Below are positions 19,403-28,082 of a stretch of DNA of 32,854 bases, one piece after another. The translations under genes were made by a program, and so were the position numbers. Numbering within the stretch: position 1 is the stretch's first letter; the number at the start of each line of letters is the position of its first letter. This stretch comes from Robiginitomaculum sp. (lineage in GTDB: Bacteria; Pseudomonadota; Alphaproteobacteria; Caulobacterales; Maricaulaceae), in assembly GCA_021647805.1 (NCBI GenBank), contig JAKITZ010000001.1, positions 1 through 32,854 on the forward strand. Direction: 5' to 3'. The notes beneath the pieces are model-generated. The model worked only from the letters and a program-made list of their open reading frames with translations, ran no database searches and was not told where the DNA came from.

Positions 19403-20356
19403 TTAAAACGCACCAAACATTTTCATGGTTTTTAACAAATCTTCAGCAGAAAGTTTTTCTAATGGCTCACTGATAATGGTCATTGCATTTGGCACACGAA
19501 TGCCGGTTTGCTTGGCGCTGGCTACACTGCCATGCAAAGAAATACAGCGGCCTGCGCCGGCTCCACATAGGTGCAATATTCCATCGGCTATGCCAACAAC
19601 ACCTTTGGCTTTGGCGCCAAGTGCGGTTAATTGAAACGGGTCTGCCCGAGCACACAGGTCTTTGATTTTCGGATAATTTCTTAGCAATGGGCGAGCAAGG
19701 TCACGAGCTTTGATCCCACCAGTAATTGCCAGCATTGTATTGGAGTTTAGTATGTGACCGGCAAGTGTCTGATAGGCCGCTGCTGGCCAACCATCATTAC
19801 TATCTAAACGTCCAAGATTGAGCAAAATATAATCACCCTTTAAGCCAAAATACTCTGGCTGTAATGAAGGGGTTTTACCGGCCAAACGTAATAACCAACT
19901 AAAATCAGGGCCAATGCTTAAGTCTACTTTTGACGGCGGCACACCAATAATATCCAACAACCGGTTATCCGCATCAACCGGATGTTCGTTGTTTTCATTT
20001 ATTTGCCATTTGGCTCTTGATGCAGATCCTGCAAACTTTGGAACAAACAAGCCAAAGGAGGCGAATAAATTTGCAGTTTTGTCGCTACGTTCCAGATCTA
20101 TAATTTTATCAAATTTGCTTTTCTTAAGGATTTTTGCCAACATCGAAAGATTAGTATCTGCTGCGGCAAGATCTGCTGATATGATATCATCAAACCAAGG
20201 TGACTTGGTTGCCAAACCAACCAATGCTGGATCAGTAAGTAATACGAGTTGGTCATCAGGAAACGCTTCACGCAATCGCGCACTAGCGCAAAAAGCGTTT
20301 AACAGCCTTCCAAGTGGCCCAAAACAAATAATTAGTGTTTTAGTTCGCAATTTCAA
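19403..20356 (-). CDS. GT9-family (heptosyltransferase-like) glycosyltransferase
   Basis: 317 aa with a TTG start preceded by AAGGA. The layout LIICFGPLGRLLNAFCASARLREAFPDDQLVLLT....P.FD.II is that of ADP-heptose:LPS heptosyltransferase-like proteins, and the C-terminus has GIADGILHLCGAGAG. Confidence 0.65.
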   Translation of the reverse strand: MKLRTKTLIICFGPLGRLLNAFCASARLREAFPDDQLVLLTDPALVGLATKSPWFDDIISADLAAADTNLSMLAKILKKSKFDKIIDLERSDKTANLFASFGLFVPKFAGSASRAKWQINENNEHPVDADNRLLDIIGVPPSKVDLSIGPDFSWLLRLAGKTPSLQPEYFGLKGDYILLNLGRLDSNDGWPAAAYQTLAGHILNSNTMLAITGGIKARDLARPLLRNYPKIKDLCARADPFQLTALGAKAKGVVGIADGILHLCGAGAGRCISLHGSVASAKQTGIRVPNAMTIISEPLEKLSAEDLLKTMKMFGAF

Positions 20357-20370
20357 AATCCTTATTTGCT

Positions 20371-20494
20371 TATACTCAAAACCCAGAATTAAAAAGCTTT
20401 TGAGTATAAGCCCCTTTGTTACCCATCAGCTTATCCAAAAACCGGTTCCCACTTTTTGGGGCGATGGGGTGTATGAAATTAACACTATCTGAAT
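20371..20494. repeat. Direct-repeat copy 1 (short form) of a two-hairpin element; its partner is at 22209-22399
   Basis: tatactcaaaa(16 nt)ttttgagtata, then ctttgtta(c/t)ccatca(g/a)cttatccaaaaa, then ttcccactttttggg(g/t)cgatgg, then atctgaat. All are shared in the same order and orientation with copy 2. Confidence 0.8.
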
Positions 20495-20638
20495 TAGCTC
20501 GTTTCTTTTAATTAGCGCCAGAGGTAATTAGAATACACAGTTTTGTTTATCAAGAAAGTATTAGATATAAGCAAAAGACACAAAAACAATCAATCTTTGC
20601 CCTAAGAACAACTCAGAGCCAATTAAGAAGGTTATAAA

Positions 20639-21247
20639 TTGAAAAACTGTTTGCCACATGGCTTTCACTATTTACCGGGTTATTTTTCCCGTCAACAGCA
20701 AGAAAAATTAGTTGAACTGGTTCGCGCCGGAATTAAAAAGGCTCCGTTTTATCAACCAATAATGCCAAAAACCGGACAGCCGACTTCGGTGATTATGAGT
20801 AATTTTGGAGAGCTGGGCTGGGTCTCGGAAAAATCCGGTTATCGTTATGATTCTTTGCACCCCAAAACCGCCAAACCTTGGCCAAAAATGCCGCAAGAGT
20901 TATTGGATTTATGGCGAGATGTAACAACTTGGCCGCAAAACCCGCAATCTTGCCTAATTAACTGGTATCGTGAGAAATCACGACTTGGGTTGCACATTGA
21001 CGCCAGCGAACAAGCCAAAAACGCGCCGATTGTTTCGGTGTCTTTGGGTGATCAGGCTTTATATCGTATGGGTGGGCTAGAACGTAATTCACCCACCGGT
21101 TCATTCAAGTTATCATCAGGTGATGTGTTGGTGTTGGCTGATACTGCACGGCATTGTTATCATGGAGTTGATCGAATTTATGGCGGCACATCGACACTAA
21201 TACCAAAGGGCGGGCGGATCAATTTAACCTTGCGAGTAGTGCGCTAG
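20639..21247 (+). CDS. alkB: Alpha-ketoglutarate/Fe(II)-dependent dioxygenase AlkB (alkylation repair)
   Basis: LGLHIDASE (HxD), HCYHGVDRI (distal His) and GGRINLTLR (RxNxTxR). TTG start with AAGAAGG upstream. Confidence 0.85.
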   Translation: MKNCLPHGFHYLPGYFSRQQQEKLVELVRAGIKKAPFYQPIMPKTGQPTSVIMSNFGELGWVSEKSGYRYDSLHPKTAKPWPKMPQELLDLWRDVTTWPQNPQSCLINWYREKSRLGLHIDASEQAKNAPIVSVSLGDQALYRMGGLERNSPTGSFKLSSGDVLVLADTARHCYHGVDRIYGGTSTLIPKGGRINLTLRVVR

Positions 21248-22266
21248 TTATTTATTGCGTCGCTAAAAAAACCAGCCATTGAAATACCGTTGCTGAAATA
21301 ACTCTCTCGCCAACTTTGATCAATCTCGTCTAGTACCAAGGCTTCTGCCGCTCCTAACGAGTAAAAATAAACCCTTTGGTGCTGGCTTATTTTGCCCTCG
21401 ATTAAAGTTTGTAAAATCCGGGTGCGTAAATTGGCTGCCAATGCAGCAAAATCATGATCCACCCCAAGAGAAGTGTGGGTGCCGCTGGCAGCAAATTCCG
21501 CCAAGGCCAGTTCGGTATATCGAGCCACCCCTTCTTGCCAAAGCTGAAACTCCAGATATCGCCTATCAGCGGCGGTAAGAGTAGATAACCTGCCGGCGCG
21601 TTTGGCGGCATATTGCAGAGCAAGTTTTTTTCTAATATTTTTATCCGGCTCGGTTAAAATAGCCACTAGGTCAAGACTGTTGCTTCTGATTATAGCGACA
21701 ACTTGTTGGTCATCATAAGCAAATGGGTAGTTCAACGCCCACATTCCACTATCGTCATCGCCGGCCAGGTCAAGAGCTGTTACGCCACTATAATAGCCGT
21801 TCCAGTTCATCTGGTATTGATGGAAATTTTCATGCAAAAGAGTAGCAACCCAAGAGGTGGAATTGCTTTCTATAATTCCATAAGCGCCTATTACTGCTAC
21901 TGGCCCTGCTCCGGCAAAAGGCAAAGTTGCCTGAATATTAGTGGAAAATTGACCAGCTTCACGAATATCAATGCGGCAATTAGTATCGGCATCAATACTA
22001 AATAGAGTAAAACCAACGGGTAACTTTCTGGCGCAGTAAAACTTGTCGTACTTATGATCTACTATAACAATCGGAAAGTCCTTGCCGGAAAACCCCTGCC
22101 ATAATTGTCCGCCATAAGCTGACAATACTTTTCGCGCCTCGCCCATTAAAACCGGATCAGCAAATGCAGTAACTGGCAGAAATAAAAAGACTGCCAGCAC
22201 CACAACAATATACTCAAAACACCGAACTAAACGGTATTTTGAGTATATTTTATCTTTGTTATCCAT
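21244..22266 (-). CDS. Secreted HExxH protein, peptidase-MA-like (putative zinc metallopeptidase)
   Basis: It has a signal-peptide-like IVVVLAVFLFLPVTAFA, then LLHENFHQYQ (HExxH) and a later WQEGVARY (E..A.Y, as in MA-clan domains). The start is preferred at ATG 22266 (MDNKDK...) rather than the upstream TTG at 22299. The first roughly 20 codons lie inside repeat copy 2. Confidence 0.5.
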   Translation of the reverse strand: MDNKDKIYSKYRLVRCFEYIVVVLAVFLFLPVTAFADPVLMGEARKVLSAYGGQLWQGFSGKDFPIVIVDHKYDKFYCARKLPVGFTLFSIDADTNCRIDIREAGQFSTNIQATLPFAGAGPVAVIGAYGIIESNSTSWVATLLHENFHQYQMNWNGYYSGVTALDLAGDDDSGMWALNYPFAYDDQQVVAIIRSNSLDLVAILTEPDKNIRKKLALQYAAKRAGRLSTLTAADRRYLEFQLWQEGVARYTELALAEFAASGTHTSLGVDHDFAALAANLRTRILQTLIEGKISQHQRVYFYSLGAAEALVLDEIDQSWRESYFSNGISMAGFFSDAINN

Positions 22267-22399
22267 CAACTTATCCAAAAACAATCTTAGTAGTCGCAAT
22301 CCTTTGCCATAAAACCGGTATCCACATTTACTGAGGATTGCTTAGTTCCCACTTTTTGGGTCGATGGAGTATATGTCGAAAATTCTGCATAATCTGAAT
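22209..22399. repeat. Direct-repeat copy 2 (long form, two internal insertions relative to copy 1)
   Basis: See 20371-20494. The hairpin-1 stems are identical (22209-22219 / 22237-22247) but the loop differs. The ccaaaaa...tttttgg arms are separated here by about 70 nt instead of 11 nt. Confidence 0.8.
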
Positions 22400-22409
22400 G
22401 ATTATAAGA

Positions 22410-23027
22410 TCAAGCCTTAGTGTCGATAGTGCTGCCCGGTTCTGCTTTTTGCTCTGGCTCTGATGTTGCCGCCGGAGCAGACGCGCTGGCACCGGTGGAA
22501 ACCGCAACTATTGCAGCGCGCAAAGTACGATCACCAAGAGTATAACCATTTTGAATAACTTCGGCGACCAGACCCGAAGCCACATCATTTGATGGAATTT
22601 GCGCTACTGCCTGATGCAAATTGTGATCAAATTTTTCACCTTTGGCGTTAATTTGTTCAATTCCATGGCGTTCTAATGCAGCTTGCAAAGATTTTTGGGT
22701 TATATCAACACCCTCAACCAATTGCTCCATGCGCTGAGAGGCTTCTTCTCTGGCTTCGGCTGGAACATTGTCCAGAGCGCGGCTTAAATTGTCGGCAACA
22801 TTTAACATATCTTCGGCGAAACGAGTGACCGCATAGCGTTTTGCATCAGCTATGTCGCGCTGGGAGCGTTTTCGTAAGTTTTCCAGCTCTGCCGCCAAAC
22901 GCAAAGTGCGGTCATTAGCAATTTCCAGCTCGCCCTGTAATGCGATCACTGGATCTAATTGTTCCTCTATCGGAGTTACATTGTCCGGTGTTTCTTCTGT
23001 TTCTGGTTGGTCTTGTTCGTTATTCAT
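22410..23027 (-). CDS. grpE: Nucleotide exchange factor GrpE
   Basis: It has an acidic N-terminus, then RLAAELENLRKR..RD, then FAEDMLNVADNL.RAL and GYTLGDRTLRAAIV. Confidence 0.92.
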   Translation of the reverse strand: MNNEQDQPETEETPDNVTPIEEQLDPVIALQGELEIANDRTLRLAAELENLRKRSQRDIADAKRYAVTRFAEDMLNVADNLSRALDNVPAEAREEASQRMEQLVEGVDITQKSLQAALERHGIEQINAKGEKFDHNLHQAVAQIPSNDVASGLVAEVIQNGYTLGDRTLRAAIVAVSTGASASAPAATSEPEQKAEPGSTIDTKA

Positions 23028-23043
23028 CTTTGGTCTTTTTCCG

Positions 23044-24111
23044 TTATTTGCGCACTTGTTGACGCATTAAAAATCCAATGGCTTGCGCCGTATAATCCAC
23101 CATAGGGATCACTTTAGCATAATTTAGCCGTGTTGGACCAATTACACCGATGGCTCCTAGTACCTTGCCTTGCGCATTCATATAGGGTGCCGTGACCACA
23201 CTTGAACCCGAAAGGCTAAATAAAGGGTTTTCCGAGCCGATATATATCTTGACTCCCGGAGCTTTGCCAGCCTCGTCAAGCAAAGAAATTAATTCTTTCT
23301 TTTGTTCCATCTCGTCAAGCAATAACCGTATGCGTTCAAGGTTTTGGCTGGCTTCGACATTATCGATCAATTGTGATCGCCCGCGTACTATTAGGGTGCG
23401 CTCTTCGGTATCAGCGCTTGACCAATGCGCCATTTCGTCCTCGATCAAAGCTTTAGCCGCCGCGTCCAATTGATGATTATGGTGGCTAATTTCTTCTAGT
23501 ATTTGTGTTTTGGTTCCAGATAATGATTTGCCTTTAAGCCGCCGCGAGAGAAAATTTCCCGCCGCAGTTAATGCCGAAGGGGTCGTGCCCGGCGGTATGG
23601 TCATTATTCTGTTTTCAACCGCTCCGGTTTCATAAACCAGCACCACCATTGCTTCGGTTGGGGCAAGCGGAACAAATTCAACATGGCGTAGAGCTTGATC
23701 TTGAACCGGCGCCAATACCAAGCCGGCACCTCCAGCCATGCCGGATAATAACTTTGAGGCTTCGTCCAGTGCGCTTTGTAATGGCTGGTCTGATAAACGA
23801 TGCCGGATGTTCGAGCGTTCGGTTTCGTTCAAATCGCCAAATTGCAATAGACCATCAACAAACAACCGCAACCCGCTTTGCGTTGGTATCCGCCCGGCAC
23901 TTAAATGCGTTGCCGATAATAACCCTGCCGAGGTTAAAGCCGCCATAGTATTGCGAATCGAGGCCGAAGACAGCCCGCTAGCGCCGCTGATTGCCAAGGT
24001 TTTTGAACCAACAGCCTCACCGTTAGCTAGATAGCTTTCGACGATCTCGCGAAATATCTCGCGCGAGCGTTGATCAAGATCGGAAATGCTAGGGCCGCGA
24101 ATGATGGACAT
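23044..24111 (-). CDS. hrcA: Heat-inducible transcription repressor HrcA
   Basis: LDQRSREIFREIVESYLANGEAVGSKTL...SSASIRNTMAALTSAGLL, with a C-terminal GAIGVIGPTRLNYAKVIPMVDYTA. It is followed by grpE, the usual hrcA-grpE pair. Confidence 0.92.
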   Translation of the reverse strand: MSIIRGPSISDLDQRSREIFREIVESYLANGEAVGSKTLAISGASGLSSASIRNTMAALTSAGLLSATHLSAGRIPTQSGLRLFVDGLLQFGDLNETERSNIRHRLSDQPLQSALDEASKLLSGMAGGAGLVLAPVQDQALRHVEFVPLAPTEAMVVLVYETGAVENRIMTIPPGTTPSALTAAGNFLSRRLKGKSLSGTKTQILEEISHHNHQLDAAAKALIEDEMAHWSSADTEERTLIVRGRSQLIDNVEASQNLERIRLLLDEMEQKKELISLLDEAGKAPGVKIYIGSENPLFSLSGSSVVTAPYMNAQGKVLGAIGVIGPTRLNYAKVIPMVDYTAQAIGFLMRQQVRK

Positions 24112-24212
24112 GATAATTTATTTAGGATCCTGAGTTTTAACTTCTAGGTAATTTGGGGTTTATCCCACCATCAGGCAAGGGTAGAACAGCAACAAAATAA
24201 CAGGAGAGAACA

Positions 24213-24932
24213 ATGCGACCATCAGGACGAGAGCAAGTACAAATGCGAGAAGTCAATATTGAAACCGGCGCGGCAAGCTATGCAGAAGGGTCGTGTCTGA
24301 TCTCGTTTGGCAATACCAAAGTATTATGCACGGCATCGGTCGACGAGCGGGTTCCGCCATGGATGCGCGGCAAAAACAAAGGTTGGGTAACGGCAGAATA
24401 CGGAATGTTGCCCCGGGCAACCCACACCCGTGGCCGTCGTGAAGCCGCAGCCGGCAAGCAATCAGGACGCACGCAAGAAATTCAGCGATTGATCGGGCGG
24501 TCATTACGAGCGGTTACCGACCTTACTTTGCTGGGCGAGCGGCAAATAGTGCTTGATTGCGATGTCCTGCAAGCCGATGGCGGCACCAGAACTGCATCAA
24601 TTACCGGTGCATGGCTTGCTTTGAAAATCGCCACCATGGGATTAGTTGAAAAAGGATTGCTTGAAACTGATCCGGTATTTGATCAGGCAGCGGCCATTTC
24701 ATGCGGTATCTGGCAAGATATGGCTGTTTGTGATCTTGATTATGCCGAAGACAGCACTGCACAAACAGATGCCAATTTTGTATTGTCTGGTTCTGGTGGT
24801 TTGATCGAAGTGCAGGCTTCGGCTGAAGACCGACCAATGAGCAAACAACAATTTACAGAAATGATGGCGCAGGCAGAACAAGCCGCACAAGAACTATTTG
24901 TGATGCAAAAACAAGCAATAGAACAGGATTAG
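24213..24932 (+). CDS. rph: Ribonuclease PH
   Basis: MRPSGR...R...I..G....[19 protein letters not shown], then [14 protein letters not shown], then [19 protein letters not shown]. Confidence 0.93.
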   Translation: MRPSGREQVQMREVNIETGAASYAEGSCLISFGNTKVLCTASVDERVPPWMRGKNKGWVTAEYGMLPRATHTRGRREAAAGKQSGRTQEIQRLIGRSLRAVTDLTLLGERQIVLDCDVLQADGGTRTASITGAWLALKIATMGLVEKGLLETDPVFDQAAAISCGIWQDMAVCDLDYAEDSTAQTDANFVLSGSGGLIEVQASAEDRPMSKQQFTEMMAQAEQAAQELFVMQKQAIEQD

Positions 24933-24935
24933 ATT

Positions 24936-25434
24936 ATGACAATAATTACTGCATTATCAGACGGGAAAAGTGTTTAGGTCGGGTATAATAATGCTTGTAG
25001 CGTTGGTGATACGCCAATTTTTGAACAACATCACTGGATATATTTTGGCGATTGGGGTTTGGGATTGTCTGGCGGCGGACGACAGTAAAACACCATTAGC
25101 TGTTGCCAATACAATTCGAAACATTTTTCAAGACGAGGGTGTTTCCAAAGAAAGTAGCGATTCTGCTACTCCATCATTTGGTATGTCAGGCATATTGGTG
25201 AATAAAGACACTAGTGTTTGGGACGTAGACCATCGATTAGCTCTTGCAAGAATGCAAAACAACAAATTATGGGCTAGAGGTTCTGGAATTGATTATGCCT
25301 TGGGAGCTGACTATACGGCATTGGCTATTGATCCTCAGCTAAACCATCAACAAAGAGTTCGCATTGCCACCGAGGCCGCAATTTCTTGTGACACTTACTG
25401 CCCGGGCGAAGCTATCATATCACAATTTGTGTAA
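24936..25434 (+). pseudogene. Disrupted Ntn-hydrolase (proteasome/HslV-fold-like) gene with an in-frame TAG at codon 14 and a frameshift near 25050-25090
   Basis: ATG 24936 gives MTIITALSDGKSV, then TAG (24975-24977), then VGYNNACSVGDTPIFEQHHWIYFGDWGLGLSGGG..stop. An M-T start with beta-strand and D/G patterns is typical of N-terminal-Thr hydrolases. The +1 frame (track ORF 24970..25434) continues with ...LWARGSGIDYALGADYTAL....RVRIATEAAISCDTYCPGEAII, which resembles the GSG..YA.GA and C-terminal helix/strand region of HslV-like Ntn hydrolases. Confidence 0.5.
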
Positions 25435-25557
25435 AGGTTGTTATTGCAAATAACTTTCGCAAACTGTTCTGCGAAATGGTCAAATATAATGTCAGAAAAA
25501 ACAAACACTAGAGAACCTCAATGTTAAGGCGATTTATCTCAACAACAATATTAATTT

Positions 25558-25836
25558 TTGGTTAAATCTCAAATCGTTAGAGTTGGTGAGGGGATATATG
25601 TATATCCAAGTATTGATGATCTGATGCACAAAACTTACGATAAAATGATTGCATTAAACTTCAATAACATTAAACGCCCTGACTATAACGATTTGAGATT
25701 TAACCAAAAAGTTCAATTTTGTGGGATAATTGAGCTTGATAAAGATTGCTGGATGGAAACTATCAAATCGCGTGGACCAAACTGTATTCCTTATAACAAG
25801 CCTGTTAATGTTAATGTCAGCAAATTTAGTTATTGA
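25558..25836 (+). CDS. Hypothetical small protein (AT-rich), possibly the frameshifted continuation of a signal-peptide-like mini-ORF at 25521
   Basis: 92 aa with a TTG start and no recognisable motif. ATG 25521 encodes MLRRFISTTILIFG-stop in another frame, which ends in the T5 run immediately before this ORF. Confidence 0.3.
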   Translation: MVKSQIVRVGEGIYVYPSIDDLMHKTYDKMIALNFNNIKRPDYNDLRFNQKVQFCGIIELDKDCWMETIKSRGPNCIPYNKPVNVNVSKFSY

Positions 25837-25916
25837 TGTACGAACGAAAGATCAGAATTTCAAAGGAAGTAGAGTCTGGTCTTTTTTAGTATTCTTTTTA
25901 TGTTGTTTCTGATCTT

Positions 25917-27941
25917 TTAACCTTGATACCTGATACCAAAAAACAGGGTTCTTGGGCGGGCTGGAAAATAGCGATAAGAACCAAAAGCAAAATCAGCACG
26001 ATCCGCATAGGCCGCATCAAATAAATTGTCGATGCGCCCATAAATGTTAAGTTGCTCTGTCAGTTGATAATTTGAACGAAGCGTAAAAACATTATGTCCG
26101 CCGTATTTGGCTGTATTGCCGGGATCCAGATAATAGTCCCCGACATGTTGCCATTTTAAGGAAGTTTGCAATTTAGGATTTGGACGCGCGGTGATTTGCA
26201 AAAACCCTAATGTATTGGGAGCCGTATCCACTTGATTGCCTTTGGTAATCGAGCTGGACGGTGAACCGACAATATCAGTGAAGCCATAAATGTGATTGGC
26301 CAAAGTAAAACCACCGGAAATGTCCAGAAAACCAGATAAAGGCGCCGCAAAGCTCAGCTCAATACCGCTATGGTCTGTTTTGCCATCAACCACATTAAAA
26401 CCGTTGGCGTTTCGAAAGAAGAAATTATCTTTGCGCATCACGAACGCTGCCAACTCAAACGTCACATTGCCAGCATTGCCCTTTAACCCAAGCTCGAAAC
26501 TGTCGAGAATTTCCGGTTTTATTTCGCCAGCGACCTGCCCTAATTGCAAGCTGTAGGCATCGGTTACTTGCGGCGCCCTGCCCGCACGGGCATAGCGGCC
26601 ATAGGCACTTAAATTATCGGTGAACTGATGGGTAATTCCGACTTTAGGGGTCACAACAAAGAAGCTATCTTGCCTGTCCGGAATACGGATAAAGCGCCCG
26701 AACCGGCCATTATCGATTTTATTTTGGTAATTATAATATGTGTAATCGGCGCGAACACCGATATTGATTTTGGTTTTTGCCCCAAGATCGAACCTGTTTT
26801 GCACATAAGACGACAAAACGTAAGAGCTCACATTATAGTCAAAGTGATCGCCCTGAATAAATGAAAACACGTTGGGGCCAGGTTGAAATTCACGCAAATA
26901 CCCCTTGGTATATTCTGCATCAACGCCAAGGGAGTATTCGCCAAAACTAGAGGCTCCACTAACAGAGGAAAGCAGACCAATGCTTTTATGACCGTTATCC
27001 TCAAGTGCTTTTCCCGGCACAAAATGTCGCCTGAATGATAAATCTGTCCAGCGCGCATAAGGAATAAATGACAATCTGGAATTACCATCTGTTACTTTGG
27101 TAAAGTGCATGGCAATGCGCGCAGACTTTCCGTCCCTAAAAGCCTCAGGGTTGGGGTTGGTTCGTGAGACATCACTATCTTTATATGCCTCAAAGCCTCT
27201 GATAAATCCGGCGGTTTCCTGATTTAAGTTTTGCACTGTGGCCAGAGTTTTTAGTGACCAAAGGCCAATATCAACATCGTGACGGACTTGTATTTTTTGT
27301 TGATCAAAGCCGGAGTCTTCGCGAAAACCCGCATCATGTACAAGGCTTGCCGAAATACGATAACGCCCAAATAGCGCATCTCCATTGACCGAAGTTTTAA
27401 GACCCGCATACCCGGCGCTGCTGCCCATAATATCAACGAACAGGTCTTGCTTCGAACTTGGAGCCTGAGATAATATATTTACAAGGCCATGCACAGCATT
27501 GGAGCCATAAAGCACACTACCCGGCCCCTTGGTGACCTCAACGCCGCCAGCAAGATCCAGCGCGCCTTCAAACAGACCGTTAACATTGGAAAATCCGGCG
27601 GCACGTAATGGAACACCGTCTTCTAGGTATAAAAACGAACCTGCGCCAGCTCCGCCGGTTAGAACCGGAGAGCGAATCGCGGTTAGGTGTTCTTGTCCGC
27701 TATTTCTATGGATATTAACTCCGGCAATTTCATTTAAAGCTTCCGCCGGATGCACAGGGGCAATCAGCTGTAATTGCTCCTGCCCCAAAACCGAAACGCT
27801 GCCAGCATAATCTTTAGTCGGTAATTTGTGTCGGCTGGCGGTAACAATCACTTCATCATCGACAATGTCATCAACGGCATAACTTGGCTGTGTGAAAAAA
27901 AGCCCAAACAGGCTTATATAAAATATGATATGAAATTTCAT
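25917..27941 (-). CDS. TonB-dependent outer-membrane receptor
   Basis: It has a signal peptide (MKFHIIFYISLFGLFFTQPSYA), a TonB-box-like DEVIVTASR, plug motifs (AEALNEIAGVNI, SPVLTGGAG.GSFLYLEDGVP, VEVTKGPGSVLYGSNAV.G.VNI) and a C-terminal aromatic barrel end (...LFFGIRYQG). The start is taken at ATG 27941. Confidence 0.88.
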   Translation of the reverse strand: MKFHIIFYISLFGLFFTQPSYAVDDIVDDEVIVTASRHKLPTKDYAGSVSVLGQEQLQLIAPVHPAEALNEIAGVNIHRNSGQEHLTAIRSPVLTGGAGAGSFLYLEDGVPLRAAGFSNVNGLFEGALDLAGGVEVTKGPGSVLYGSNAVHGLVNILSQAPSSKQDLFVDIMGSSAGYAGLKTSVNGDALFGRYRISASLVHDAGFREDSGFDQQKIQVRHDVDIGLWSLKTLATVQNLNQETAGFIRGFEAYKDSDVSRTNPNPEAFRDGKSARIAMHFTKVTDGNSRLSFIPYARWTDLSFRRHFVPGKALEDNGHKSIGLLSSVSGASSFGEYSLGVDAEYTKGYLREFQPGPNVFSFIQGDHFDYNVSSYVLSSYVQNRFDLGAKTKINIGVRADYTYYNYQNKIDNGRFGRFIRIPDRQDSFFVVTPKVGITHQFTDNLSAYGRYARAGRAPQVTDAYSLQLGQVAGEIKPEILDSFELGLKGNAGNVTFELAAFVMRKDNFFFRNANGFNVVDGKTDHSGIELSFAAPLSGFLDISGGFTLANHIYGFTDIVGSPSSSITKGNQVDTAPNTLGFLQITARPNPKLQTSLKWQHVGDYYLDPGNTAKYGGHNVFTLRSNYQLTEQLNIYGRIDNLFDAAYADRADFAFGSYRYFPARPRTLFFGIRYQG

Positions 27942-28082
27942 TACGCTGCCCATAGAGTCTTTACACTACAAAAGTAACTGATGCCGACAGAGCACAAGCT
28001 TGTAAAGGCAAGCACGTGAAATAACAGCAACCTTTAGAGCCAAAGCTACAAAGAAACACCGCTTCACGCCGCGAGACAGAAA

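Noticed and set aside
20431-20441. ttatccaaaaa / gtatccaca words in the direct repeats as DnaA boxes (possible origin)
   Set aside because: These are imperfect matches to TTATCCACA. There is no AT-rich unwinding element or origin-linked gene context, and they are better explained as part of the repeat hairpins.
19914-20492. 192-aa + strand ORF
   Set aside because: It is antisense to the GT9 gene and then runs through repeat copy 1. It has no motifs and an implausible composition.
24112-24212. CIRCE operator (TTAGCACTC-N9-GAGTGCTAA) upstream of hrcA or rph
   Set aside because: I found no match by eye in the hrcA-rph intergenic region. In alphaproteobacteria CIRCE is usually at groES/groEL, not hrcA.
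25847-25917. 11-bp inverted repeat aaagatcagaa/ttctgatcttt as a bidirectional terminator between the small ORF and the receptor gene
   Set aside because: The loop is 49 nt, and the right arm overlaps the receptor stop codon, so this is not a canonical intrinsic terminator. I note it as structure only.
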